Below, one piece after another: positions 14,786 to 24,054 of a stretch of 27,257 nucleotides of DNA. The DNA comes from a virus. Its lineage: Duplodnaviria; Caudoviricetes. The stretch lies in the IMG/VR virus record IMGVR_UViG_3300037706_000044, positions 1 to 27,257 of that record, one strand, 5' to 3'. Both the position numbers and the translations under genes were made by a program. The number at the start of each line of letters is the position of its first letter. Within the stretch, counting starts at the first letter, position 1. The notes under the pieces were generated by a model. The model did no database searches. It had not been told where the DNA came from and saw nothing but the letters and a program-made list of their open reading frames with translations.

Positions 14786-14928
14786 TGCTCGTCCACGTCT
14801 GGGATCTCGGGCAGCGGGCCGTCCACGTCATCGCCGACCCCGTCCTCCTCGGTGTACGGGTCGTCATCGACGCCGAACTCGCCGGGAATGTTCGGCGCCT
14901 CATCGCGTGGATGCTTCGGATCAGACAT
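14782..14928 (-). CDS. Highly acidic peptide, 48 aa (MSDPKHPRDEAPNIPGEFGVDDDPYTEEDGVGDDVDGPLPEIPDVDEQ)
   Basis: Translated by hand; GAGGGGAAG RBS; stop overlaps the endolysin GTG. Confidence 0.7.
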   Translation of the reverse strand: MSDPKHPRDEAPNIPGEFGVDDDPYTEEDGVGDDVDGPLPEIPDVDEQ

Positions 14929-14937
14929 GGCTTCCCC

Positions 14938-16635
14938 TCATCTCCTACGTTGTCCCCACGCGCCGAGCGTGGCCGGCGCCCCGCGGGTCGCACCGCGCAT
15001 CCCGCCACGGCCGGACAGCGCCGCCAATGCGCGCGCCACCGTCGGCGAGTATGAATCCAGCTCCAACGTCGACGCCGCAGATGTTGTGTCGTAATCTTTT
15101 GCGACAATCTGAAACACCGTTACACCGTCACGGATCGTGGCGTTCAGCGAGTTCGGATTCGGTGTGATGCCGCGCACCCGGATCAGGTTGCCCGGCCGGA
15201 TCTCCCACGGATCGACCATCCGACCACGCTCATGGTCGTAAATACGCCGGGCGATCGTCAATGTGCCGGCGTTCGGCGGGGTTGCGTGCTCGGCGAGCAA
15301 CTGATCCCCGGCCTGAATCGCCGACTCGGACGAGCCGGCGTTGTCGCCTAGATCCAGGAACGCGTCACGGGTCAGCCCCACCGCGTCGAGCACGGCCACG
15401 GTCTGCGTCCGGCGGGTGCGCTTGATCCGCCCCGCCGTGTCCTTCCACCGCACCGTCACCGCGTTGTACAGCCCGTCCGCCGAGCCGGTCGAACGGTAGC
15501 CATCGGACACGTCCGCCTCGTAGCGGACCGTCGTCGGCCACGTCTTCCACTCGAAGCGGTACTTGCCGTTCGGCATACGGTCCGTGGCCTGCCAGAAGTA
15601 GGCCGGCTCCAGCAGCATCAGATCGTTCAGCACACCTGCCGGGGTGATGCCGTCCGGATAGGCCAGTTGATTGATCGCGTACGAGGTGGTCTCCACGGTG
15701 GCGTTCGCCCCGTCGTACTCGGGCAGCAGCCGCCCCAGCAGATCGGCCACCACCTCGGACGCCAGCACCGAATGGGTCGTGTAACCGGACGCGCCGACCA
15801 CCGCGCCGGCCTTGGTGAACCGCTGCGCCATCACGTACAGCCCGGCGATCTGAGTCCACGTGATGTCGTCCAGGATCTTGGTGCCGGCTGCGCCGGTCCA
15901 GCGCACCACGACCTCCACCGCGTCGAGACTGGCACCGAAATTGGTGGTCATCACTTTCGGGTTCGCAGCGCTCTCCGAGGTGGAGAACGCGTCGTCGCGG
16001 GGTGTCGCCAGCGGCGAGCCGACCACACCCTGCACCCGCAGGTTCGCGTGAGCCCGGCCCTCGATGTGCTTGTAGTCGAACCGGGCCAACAATTGGCCGC
16101 CCTCGCGCAGCAGCCCGTACCGGAACCGGATCACCGCATTGGTGGCCAGGCCCACGGCCCCCGACCCGGCCTGCTCGGTGATCTGCATCTCGACCGCATC
16201 GATCGTGGTGTCCGAGTCGTACTCGGTCACCTGCACCCGGTTGGTCTTGATGTTGTTCCCGCCGATGCTGCTGTATGCCCAGTTCGTCAGATCCCGGTCC
16301 ACGTAGATCAACGGCACGGTGCGGTCCTGCGCGTGCGCCGACGGCCCCACCGCCGCCAGATCCCACACCTGGCCATCGCTGCCGACACCCCGGCCCGGGT
16401 CCTCCAGCCGACCGCACCACACGGTGTTGCCGTTGCGGGCGTCGAAGATGTCGACATCGGCGTAGTAGGCGATCTCATCCGGCGACAGGTTCAGCGGCCG
16501 GTCAAGCGAGAACTGCGCCGAGGCGAACCCGCCCGGCGCAACAGAGCGGAACGACAGCGAGCGCAGATCGCGCTCGATGTGCCGGATCGTGCGGGCCGAC
16601 GAAAGCTGAACCGTCAATGGGATCGGCAGCGTCAT
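14938..16635 (-). CDS. Minor tail protein (baseplate hub/Tal-like), 565 aa
   Basis: Second gene after the tape measure; TGATG overlap at 16635; LSFRSVAPGGFASAQFSL, PWEIRPGNLIRV. Confidence 0.8.
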   Translation of the reverse strand: MTLPIPLTVQLSSARTIRHIERDLRSLSFRSVAPGGFASAQFSLDRPLNLSPDEIAYYADVDIFDARNGNTVWCGRLEDPGRGVGSDGQVWDLAAVGPSAHAQDRTVPLIYVDRDLTNWAYSSIGGNNIKTNRVQVTEYDSDTTIDAVEMQITEQAGSGAVGLATNAVIRFRYGLLREGGQLLARFDYKHIEGRAHANLRVQGVVGSPLATPRDDAFSTSESAANPKVMTTNFGASLDAVEVVVRWTGAAGTKILDDITWTQIAGLYVMAQRFTKAGAVVGASGYTTHSVLASEVVADLLGRLLPEYDGANATVETTSYAINQLAYPDGITPAGVLNDLMLLEPAYFWQATDRMPNGKYRFEWKTWPTTVRYEADVSDGYRSTGSADGLYNAVTVRWKDTAGRIKRTRRTQTVAVLDAVGLTRDAFLDLGDNAGSSESAIQAGDQLLAEHATPPNAGTLTIARRIYDHERGRMVDPWEIRPGNLIRVRGITPNPNSLNATIRDGVTVFQIVAKDYDTTSAASTLELDSYSPTVARALAALSGRGGMRGATRGAPATLGAWGQRRR

Positions 16636-18011
16636 CAGGTGCTCGCCGGGCGCACTGTCAGGTAGCGCGGATAGTACGACACCGATACGCTGGACATCGT
16701 CGTCAAGGTCCACACGGCGATGCTGCGAAGTAGGAAGATGCGGTTCGTCTGATTCGGCGACAGCAGAGGATACCCGCCGGGAATATGCGGCGCGGCGCTG
16801 CTGACCACCCGATTGGAGCCGTCACGCACATACACCGAAGTGTCGCGCGCATCCAGCACGTGGGTCTCAAGAGCGTTCGCCCATTCGGTGATCGCCAACC
16901 GGTCGTCGGCCGGGACGAACACCAGGACGTCGAAGTCCAACGTCCCCGAACCGGATGTGCGTTCGGCGCGCACCTCAATGTTGACGGCGTTGGATACGGA
17001 CAGTTCGGTGCCGTCTCCGGCATAGATCGGGTCGAACCCGAACGGCAGGCTGATCTCACCCAGATCGGCGGCCCGGAAGCTCGTGCTGGCTGGCGTCGCG
17101 TAGATGTCGTTCTCAACCATCGACAGCGAATCGCCCCACAGCAGCCGAATGTTGACCCCATCGCTGGAAGTGTTCTTGCGGTAGCGCAGGAACACCCGGT
17201 AACGGCCACGCAGATCAACACCCGATGTACCGAGCGTGGTAGTCGACAGGCGGATCTGATCCGAGGCCGTCGTGAACGTGCACCGCGAATAGTTGCTACC
17301 CGAACCGGAGAAGTTCGCGTCATTGGCCTGGACCGTGGTGTTCGTGCCCTGCGTCATCGCCTCGGCCTGCAGGAAGAACGGCAGATTCGCGGGAGTGCCG
17401 CGGCGGCGTACCGCCGTCAACGTCTGCACACCGATACCCACCGCCGAACCCGGGAACGAGATCAGCGCCGGGGATTCCACATCCCCCTTCACCCCGGTCA
17501 CATCCACGAAACAGCCATTGCTGCCCGCCGCCGGGTCCGTCGACACCGTCACCGCCGATACCGGGGTCTCCAGCGTGCCGTAGGCGAAAGGCTCGGCCAG
17601 GAACGCCACCGACAGCAGTTTCCGCGTCCCGTCGATCTTCCCCAGATCCAGCACCTCGTCCGCCGAAGTGCGGAACGTGCGGAAGAACACCGGGTTCGTC
17701 GTCTCCTGCTGCCACCGCAGGAAGTTGCCCGGCCGGTTCAACTCCCGATAGAAGGTCTGCAGCTGGGTCGCGGTGGCATCGGCTGACGCCGCGTTCACCG
17801 ACAGCATCAACTGGATGGTTCGCAACCCGTACGCCGACGCCGGGATCACCGCGCCGTCGGCCAGCAGCGTCGAAGCGACAGCCTGATCCAGCGGCGGCGG
17901 CGAGAACTGGGTGCCCTCGGTGTGAAGCCGCCACGTCGTGCGGTCGTTCAAGTCCAGCCGCGTGGTGGGGCTCGAGGCGATCGAGTCGACGAACTTCAGG
18001 CTCGACGCCAT
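16635..18011 (-). CDS. Minor tail protein (distal tail/Dit-like with inserted domain)
   Basis: Directly after the tape measure; AEPFAYG motif; GGGAGG RBS. Confidence 0.8.
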   Translation of the reverse strand: MASSLKFVDSIASSPTTRLDLNDRTTWRLHTEGTQFSPPPLDQAVASTLLADGAVIPASAYGLRTIQLMLSVNAASADATATQLQTFYRELNRPGNFLRWQQETTNPVFFRTFRTSADEVLDLGKIDGTRKLLSVAFLAEPFAYGTLETPVSAVTVSTDPAAGSNGCFVDVTGVKGDVESPALISFPGSAVGIGVQTLTAVRRRGTPANLPFFLQAEAMTQGTNTTVQANDANFSGSGSNYSRCTFTTASDQIRLSTTTLGTSGVDLRGRYRVFLRYRKNTSSDGVNIRLLWGDSLSMVENDIYATPASTSFRAADLGEISLPFGFDPIYAGDGTELSVSNAVNIEVRAERTSGSGTLDFDVLVFVPADDRLAITEWANALETHVLDARDTSVYVRDGSNRVVSSAAPHIPGGYPLLSPNQTNRIFLLRSIAVWTLTTMSSVSVSYYPRYLTVRPAST

Positions 18012-19925
18012 CTAGCCGCCCCTCCCATACAGGTTTGCCTGCCTGGCCGCGTCAACCCGCGGCATGACGATCCCGGCGCGGCGCATCGCCCGAACGAACG
18101 CCTCGGCCTGCTTGTCATAGTCGAGTCCGCCGCCGCCGGACGGCCGGCGAGCCGATCCCCCGGTCGGCCGGCCCATATCAGACATCAACTCGTGGAACGC
18201 CTGGGTCTGCTTTCGGCTAAGAATCCGTTCGCCGGTCTGGCCGATTACGAGTCGCTCATCGGGGCGGAACACCAACCCGTCATGGCCGCGCCGCAAACCG
18301 CCGCCACCGATAACCCCGCCCTGGTGAAACTCGGTGATGAACCCGCCGCCGCCCGGTGGCCGGTAGATCCGCTGCACCTGTTCCCGGATGGTGACCGTGA
18401 CAATCCGGTTCTTGATCGCCTGCAGTGCGGCCTGTACCTTTCCGGCCTCGTCCTTCGCCCGCTGCGCACCGATCAACTCGACGGTCGTTTTAACGTCGTC
18501 AGGGATCAGCCCGTACTTGTCAGCGAGCCTCTCCGCCTCCTTGGAGTCGATACCCATCGCGTCAGCCACATCGAGGAACTTCTCGCGGGCCTTCTCGGTC
18601 TTACCGACCACAGCATCGGTGGAGGCACCCTGCTCCACCATCGTCTCAATCAGCGCGTGCGCCTGCTCGGCCACACCCCGCATGGCGTCTCGCTGGTCCA
18701 GTTTTGACGCCTCGTCGTCTTTCGAGACGTCCTTAGCCTTCGCGATCGCCGTGGCCAGCGCGTCTTGCCGCTCCTCCAGATTCAAGGCTTCCTGCCCAGT
18801 CTCGAACAGCGAATCCTTTAACCCGTCGATCGCATCACGGGCATCCTTGGCGATTTGCTCGGCGTACTCCAGCGACGTGGTGAGACCATCCGTGTTATCA
18901 CCTGCGGTGACAGCGGCCCCGCCCAACCCCTCAGCGGACGATTTCGCCCCGTCCATCGACGACTGGAACGTCTTGGCGGGCCCTTCGTCCTCCATGATGC
19001 CAAGGAATTCCAGGATCTCCTTATCCCATTCGATCAATTGGCCGATCGTGTCGCCAAAGAAGTCCCGAACCGGCTCGGTGGCATCCAGGAACGCGATCAC
19101 CCCGTCGGCGGCGCCCTTGAACCCGTCCGCAATGCCCTTGACGGCTGGCATGAAATCCTCGAGGATCGTCTCACCGAGCCTGGCCATTGCGGTCTCTGCG
19201 TTCGCCAGCGAGCCGCGGATGGTGTCGCCCATCGACTTGGCGGCGCCCTCGATCTTGATGTTGTTCTCGCCGAATCCCTTGCTGCCCTGTTCCCACAGGT
19301 CGAAGAACCGTTCGGCATCGATCTCGCCGCGCGAGATCATGTCGCGCATCTGCTCGGCGGTCACGCCGGCCGCGTCAGCGAGCAGCAGCAGCGCCGGCAC
19401 TCCCCGCTCCTGCAGCATGTTCAGTTCTTCGCCCATAATCTTGCCCTGGGTCTGGATTTTGACGAAGATGTTGCCAATCTCGTCAAGCGGTGCTTGCGCG
19501 AATGCTGCGGTGTCGGCGGTCATCTGCAACCGCTGATTGACATCGTCCAGGTCGACGCCCGCCGAGACGAACTGCGTCATCGCCCCGGCCCCGGCATCCA
19601 AGGAGAACGCGGTGCCGGTCACCGTGTCCTTCAGACCGTCCATCAGCTTGGCGGCCTCAGAGGTTGACAACCCCATCTGATCCAGGCGCTTACGGGCATC
19701 GTCCAAGTTGGCCAGCCGGTTGAACCCGCCCACCATGATCTTGTCCCAAGCCTGCCAGCCGACGGCTAGTCCGCCCACGGCACCGGAGATCTTCCCGATC
19801 ATCCCGGTCATGCCGGTGCCGACCTTGGTGAAGTTCGCGTTCGTGCCCTTCGCCTTGGCACCGACCTGGTCGAAGACCTTAGACGCTCTATCGTTTGCAA
19901 CGATGTCGAAGGCGAGTTGCGCCAC
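18012..19925 (-). CDS. Tape measure protein, 637 aa
   Basis: DIVANDRASK N-terminus; GKIMGEELNMLQERGVP tape-measure domain; long Ala/Gly-rich helices; FHQGG C-terminal motif. Confidence 0.93.
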   Translation of the reverse strand: MAQLAFDIVANDRASKVFDQVGAKAKGTNANFTKVGTGMTGMIGKISGAVGGLAVGWQAWDKIMVGGFNRLANLDDARKRLDQMGLSTSEAAKLMDGLKDTVTGTAFSLDAGAGAMTQFVSAGVDLDDVNQRLQMTADTAAFAQAPLDEIGNIFVKIQTQGKIMGEELNMLQERGVPALLLLADAAGVTAEQMRDMISRGEIDAERFFDLWEQGSKGFGENNIKIEGAAKSMGDTIRGSLANAETAMARLGETILEDFMPAVKGIADGFKGAADGVIAFLDATEPVRDFFGDTIGQLIEWDKEILEFLGIMEDEGPAKTFQSSMDGAKSSAEGLGGAAVTAGDNTDGLTTSLEYAEQIAKDARDAIDGLKDSLFETGQEALNLEERQDALATAIAKAKDVSKDDEASKLDQRDAMRGVAEQAHALIETMVEQGASTDAVVGKTEKAREKFLDVADAMGIDSKEAERLADKYGLIPDDVKTTVELIGAQRAKDEAGKVQAALQAIKNRIVTVTIREQVQRIYRPPGGGGFITEFHQGGVIGGGGLRRGHDGLVFRPDERLVIGQTGERILSRKQTQAFHELMSDMGRPTGGSARRPSGGGGLDYDKQAEAFVRAMRRAGIVMPRVDAARQANLYGRGG

Positions 19926-19956
19926 GGCCCACCTCCGGATAATGACGTTCGGCCTA

Positions 19957-19985
19957 TTGGCGGGACGCTAAGCAGCGCGTATGGT
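19957..19985 (+). promoter_or_regulatory. Putative promoter TTGGCG-N17-TATGGT, antisense to the late operon
   Basis: -35 at 19957-19962, -10 at 19980-19985, 20 nt upstream of an ORF with a strong RBS. Confidence 0.55.
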
Positions 19986-20005
19986 GACAATGAAGGGGGA
20001 AGTCG

Positions 20006-20110
20006 ATGTTCACAATCTGGTTCGTGATAACCGCGGTCCTGCTGGCCGGCAACATCCTGGCCTGGATGGACAACCGCTACTGGCGGAAGGTAAGCAAGCA
20101 GAGCAACTAG
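20006..20110 (+). CDS. Antisense membrane micro-protein, 34 aa (MFTIWFVITAVLLAGNILAWMDNRYWRKVSKQSN)
   Basis: Translated by hand; AAGGGGGAA RBS; one TM helix and a basic tail; fills the gap before the tape measure gene. Confidence 0.65.
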   Translation: MFTIWFVITAVLLAGNILAWMDNRYWRKVSKQSN

Positions 20111-20244
20111 CGACCACGCCCGCGCATCACGTCCAAATAGGTCGCCCGCAGCCGATCGTCCATGGCCAGCAGATCATCGAACGGGATGTGAGTCAGGACG
20201 CTGAGCTCGACGAGTTCTCGAGTTGTCGAGCCCGCCTCGTAGGG
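20107..20244 (-). CDS. Tail assembly chaperone C-terminal extension, reached by a probable -1 frameshift
   Basis: -1 frame reads PYEAGSTTRELVELSVLTHIPFDDLLAMDDRLRATYLDVMRGRGR-stop, with no obvious start or RBS of its own. Confidence 0.7.
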   Translation of the reverse strand, partial: PYEAGSTTRELVELSVLTHIPFDDLLAMDDRLRATYLDVMRGRGR

Positions 20245-20516
20245 TCCGTCTCGGACCCATTGAGAACGTTGATGTCATCGACCCGCTTGAGCCAGTCGTC
20301 GAATGCTTCATCATTGACTAGACCGTCGATGCTCAAGCTGGCCCAGGCCAGGAAGTACAGCCACTCCTGCCTGCCGCGTGGCTCACCCTTGACGCGGGGG
20401 TGGAACGCGTCGGAGAACGCCATCTCGAACTTGCGCTCGAACTCCACTTCGGCACGTGCACCGGCAGTTGCCTCCTGCGCCGACCCGTCCAGGTAGACGA
20501 CCTTGAGCTTGTTCAA
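20193..20516 (-). CDS. Tail assembly chaperone
   Basis: Position upstream of the tape measure; EVEFERKF, LYFLAWA, FDDWL, DPT; TTG start with GAGGT RBS. Confidence 0.8.
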   Translation of the reverse strand: MNKLKVVYLDGSAQEATAGARAEVEFERKFEMAFSDAFHPRVKGEPRGRQEWLYFLAWASLSIDGLVNDEAFDDWLKRVDDINVLNGSETDPTRRARQLENSSSSAS

Positions 20517-20974
20517 ATCGACCTCGCGATCTTCGTGGCGACACGTGACATCGTCTGCTGCAGCTCTTTGCGCACCGCAGGCCCGCCGGCTTCCATCGGG
20601 TCGGTGAACCAGCCTTTCGGCACACTCTGAAACACGATGGGGCCGCGACCGAACACCGGGTGCGCCACCCGACCGCGGTCAATCCGGAATGGATCGGCCA
20701 CCGCGTTCGGCTTGGCCTCGATGCGGATACCGGCGCCGCGCCCCGTGGTCCGCCGTTTGTGCGGCAACGACGTGCGCGCCACCCGACGACCCAACCCGCC
20801 GCGCGACGGCAGGATCGACCGGGCCGAATCCTTCGCCGCCCGCTTCAACGGCTTCGTTGCCGCCGTGATCCCGGTCGTCAACTCCCGCTTCAACTCACGC
20901 CCGCCATACTTACGCAGCGCACGGGACAACGCGACGAAGTCCTCAGTGTTGACGACACGGACCTCAACAGCCAT
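20513..20974 (-). CDS. HK97 gp10-like tail completion/neck protein
   Basis: Basic 153 aa protein, RVAHPVFG...WFTDPM; TGATG overlap at 20974. Confidence 0.7.
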   Translation of the reverse strand: MAVEVRVVNTEDFVALSRALRKYGGRELKRELTTGITAATKPLKRAAKDSARSILPSRGGLGRRVARTSLPHKRRTTGRGAGIRIEAKPNAVADPFRIDRGRVAHPVFGRGPIVFQSVPKGWFTDPMEAGGPAVRKELQQTMSRVATKIARSI

Positions 20975-21372
20975 CAGCCCTGCTTGACGATAGGCCCGGA
21001 GGCGTTCCAACTCGCGGAGATGTCCACCGAGCCGGTGACCGTCGCGCTGACGTTGAAGTCAGGCAGGATCTCGCCCCAGAAGTACTGCGTGTTGAGGTTG
21101 GTGTTCGGGTACAGGTAGAACTTGCGGGGCAGCCCGTCCAACGCTGCCGTGTAGGTCTGCACGGTGGCGTTGTCGTAGAACCCGGAGAAGTCTCCGGAGG
21201 CGTCGGGCAGGCCGGCGACATAGGACTTGTTGGCGTCGCCGAAGGCCGTCACATCGGCCTTCTCTGTGGCGAACACGATCGTCCAACTATTCAGGTAGGC
21301 CACCGGTTCGGGGGTGCCGCCAGACGCGAGCGCGAGGTAGACCCTGCCGTTGCGGCCGTGAATGCGAGCCAC
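20974..21372 (-). CDS. Major tail (tube) protein
   Basis: DVTAFGD...YVAGLPDASGDFSGFYD pattern; AAGGAG RBS; position. Confidence 0.85.
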   Translation of the reverse strand: MARIHGRNGRVYLALASGGTPEPVAYLNSWTIVFATEKADVTAFGDANKSYVAGLPDASGDFSGFYDNATVQTYTAALDGLPRKFYLYPNTNLNTQYFWGEILPDFNVSATVTGSVDISASWNASGPIVKQG

Positions 21373-21375
21373 GGT

Positions 21376-22401
21376 TCACTCCTTTTCTAGCAGTTGCAGC
21401 AGGCGCGCTGCGTTGTTCGCGAACGTCCGGTCGGCGATCGCTTCTCGGGCCTGCCGTGCGGCTTCGGCCCGAAGTCCATCGTGTTCAGCCCACCAGCGGG
21501 CGAGCTCGGACGCCTCATCCGGCGAGTCGAACCGGGGCAGCATCGGCAGCACCTCGTCACCCTCGCCCCGCGGATCACGCAGGAACGGCAGCCCAATCGC
21601 GGCCATCTCGACCTCACGCGGCCCCATTGCCCAGCCGGCGTGCGAGTCGCCGTCCTCAGCCTCGCGGCGGTACAGGTTCAGCCCGAGCTTGGCCGACTGA
21701 TAGATCCGCACCCCGTCGGCGTTGTCCAGGCACTCTTTGATGTCGTGCGCCACGTACTTGCGCAGCGGCGAATCCTCGGTGAGCCGCTGCCAGTTGCCGG
21801 CCAGCAGTACATCCAGCCCGTCCAGATCCATGGCCTCGAAGAACTCGATCCGCGAGGTGAACCCGGTGCCGACGAACGCCAGGTCCGCCGCCAGGTCCTT
21901 GTCCACGTCGCCGGGACGATGCAGCTTCGGACGATAGGAGTGGGGCACGTACTCGGTCGGTGCGAGCTCGCGGTACCGGTCGATGTTGACCGGGTCGTTG
22001 AGCAGGTTCAGGTCGGCGTGCGCGGCCACCTCGAGCTGGCGGGTGTCCTCGTACGGGGCTTCGGTGTGCAGGACGACGACCTTGGTGCCGTAGCTGCGGG
22101 CAATGTCCATCAGTTCGGTCGGAATGAGAAACGCCGACACGATGAGTAGCACATGCGGGCGGAACCGATACAGCGGGGCGTACAATCCGTACACGGCCAT
22201 CTCGATGGCCTTGTCTTGGGGCACCGCTTTGCGGAACTGGCCCTCGGCGACGTTGAGGTAGGCCGAGTCGTAGAAGGTGAGCCGGTCCTCGAGGTTGAAT
22301 ATCTGCACCTTCTGGCCGAGCTCTTCGAGGGCCTCGACCCAGCCGGCGTAGACGTCGTGGACGCTGAACGCGGGGCCGGGGTGGCACACGACCCAGCGCA
22401 T
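21376..22401 (-). CDS. GT-B glycosyltransferase (CgeB/Glyco_trans_1_2-like)
   Basis: DLAFVGTGFTSRIEFF, IYQSAKLGLNL, MGPREVEMAAIG, DRTFANNA. Confidence 0.88.
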   Translation of the reverse strand: MRWVVCHPGPAFSVHDVYAGWVEALEELGQKVQIFNLEDRLTFYDSAYLNVAEGQFRKAVPQDKAIEMAVYGLYAPLYRFRPHVLLIVSAFLIPTELMDIARSYGTKVVVLHTEAPYEDTRQLEVAAHADLNLLNDPVNIDRYRELAPTEYVPHSYRPKLHRPGDVDKDLAADLAFVGTGFTSRIEFFEAMDLDGLDVLLAGNWQRLTEDSPLRKYVAHDIKECLDNADGVRIYQSAKLGLNLYRREAEDGDSHAGWAMGPREVEMAAIGLPFLRDPRGEGDEVLPMLPRFDSPDEASELARWWAEHDGLRAEAARQAREAIADRTFANNAARLLQLLEKE

Positions 22402-22799
22402 CAGCCCACCTCGACGACAATGTCGGCGGCCAGGTACTCAATGCTGTTGACCAGCGTGATCCGTTCATCCTCGACTTGGGTGGCGTGCGCGTAGTCGACG
22501 ATCCCGCCGAGCGTCGGGTCGGCGTCGATGGCGGCCTTGATGGACTTCGCACCGGTGGACGCCAGATATTCGTCAATGGTCTTCTGCGCGGTCTGTTGGT
22601 CAGCCCACGGCATCACGACGGTGACCGCGAACGTGGTGTCGTCCTCGCCGTCCATCGACACGCCAAACACGGTTTGCCGGCGCTTGACGAATGCGTGCGG
22701 CGGGTTCACGACCGCTGGCACGTTCGGGCTGTGCCGCAGCCCGGCGATGGTGGCGAGCCGGTCGTCGATGCCCTCGCGGATCTCCTGCACGGTGGCCAT
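22401..22799 (-). CDS. Tail terminator-like protein
   Basis: IREGIDDRLATIAGLR...AAIDADPTLGG pattern; position. Confidence 0.8.
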   Translation of the reverse strand: MATVQEIREGIDDRLATIAGLRHSPNVPAVVNPPHAFVKRRQTVFGVSMDGEDDTTFAVTVVMPWADQQTAQKTIDEYLASTGAKSIKAAIDADPTLGGIVDYAHATQVEDERITLVNSIEYLAADIVVEVG

Positions 22800-23428
22800 C
22801 AGCCCACCAGCACTGGATCACGAACATACGGGTACAGCTTCTTCGCCGCCTTCGGATTGTCCCTGACTCGCACGACGCCGAACTCGCCGAACCCGGCCAC
22901 GCCGAACGGGGCATCCTTCAGCTTGAAGCTCTCAGCCGCCAGGATCAGGCAGGCATCCCGGACCGCGGACGGCACCTGCGTGGGCCAGCCGAACGTGCCA
23001 GTGATCTGAACCCGGTTCATCCGCTGCGACCGGCTATATGGCACTGGGAACGTCTGAGCGCCGACGGCGCGGATCTCGGTGTAGGGCCGCGCCTCCGGTC
23101 CGGTGGCCGCGTTCACTGGCCACAACTGGTAGTCCGTCGCCGCCCAGGTCGTCTCGAAGGTTCCATCGCCGGAGGCGTCGGTCTTGAGGCTGGTGACCGT
23201 AACGATGTCGCCGACCCACACGTCGGTGTCGGCAGGCTTGAGGCGGTATCGGTCTTTGGCGACGAACGTTGCCGTGGTGGAACCGGTGATGTAAAAGATG
23301 CGCTGGCAATGCTGGTCGATTTCCCGGGATTCTGCGTCCAGCGCCGATTCGATGAGGGTGTCCTCAAGGCTGTCGCCGATGCCGAACCGGGCCTTGAGTT
23401 CCTCGGCGGTGGCGTACAGGTTCGGCAC
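22799..23428 (-). CDS. Head-tail connector/adaptor protein
   Basis: YATAEELK...SREIDQHC-R-F...GWP-VPSAVRDACLI pattern; AAGGGG RBS. Confidence 0.85.
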   Translation of the reverse strand: MPNLYATAEELKARFGIGDSLEDTLIESALDAESREIDQHCQRIFYITGSTTATFVAKDRYRLKPADTDVWVGDIVTVTSLKTDASGDGTFETTWAATDYQLWPVNAATGPEARPYTEIRAVGAQTFPVPYSRSQRMNRVQITGTFGWPTQVPSAVRDACLILAAESFKLKDAPFGVAGFGEFGVVRVRDNPKAAKKLYPYVRDPVLVG

Positions 23429-23439
23429 GATCGATCCCC

Positions 23440-24054
23440 TTACCTGGCTGCCCAGCCGTCGTGGTGGATGGCGGTCGGTTCGCCGCCGATGAACATTCCG
23501 CGCAAGCCGCCGGCGGACCAGTCATGCGGTAGCAGCGCGTCCGGAGCGTCCGCGCCGAGCCGCCAGGTGGCGGTCCGCAGCGCCTCGGCGCGGCACATGA
23601 TCCCGTCCGAGTCGACGTGCCCAACCGCGAACGTATCGTCACCGACAACGAACCGTTCCGCGCCGTGGACCATGAATCGCACCGGCGAGACAGTGAAGTG
23701 CAAATCGTGTTCATTCATCGCGGCCACGTGCCGGGCGACGTGGTCGGGCAGCAGCTCGTCATCGTCGCCGACGAACCCGACGTACTCGCCGAGCGCCAAC
23801 AAGGAGCCGACCTGCCAGGGCAGCGCGCCGGGGCAGTGGTCGGCGTGACCGTCCCGCCACGTCTCGTTGATCTGCACGAACCGGACGTCCGGGTATTCGG
23901 CCATCTTCTCGGCCAGGCTCGGGTTGCGGTCCGACACGATCACATGCTCGACGTTCGGCCACGTCTGCGCTCGAACCGACGGAATGCACCGGTCCAGCAG
24001 CAGCGCCTCGCGGCCGGGCATGGTTGGGGTGACGATCGAGACAAGCGCACTCAC
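23440..24054 (-). CDS. GT-A (family 2-like) glycosyltransferase, 204 aa
   Basis: VSIVTPT, SVRAQTWPNVEHVIVSD, GEYVGFVGDDD. Confidence 0.9.
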   Translation of the reverse strand: MSALVSIVTPTMPGREALLLDRCIPSVRAQTWPNVEHVIVSDRNPSLAEKMAEYPDVRFVQINETWRDGHADHCPGALPWQVGSLLALGEYVGFVGDDDELLPDHVARHVAAMNEHDLHFTVSPVRFMVHGAERFVVGDDTFAVGHVDSDGIMCRAEALRTATWRLGADAPDALLPHDWSAGGLRGMFIGGEPTAIHHDGWAAR

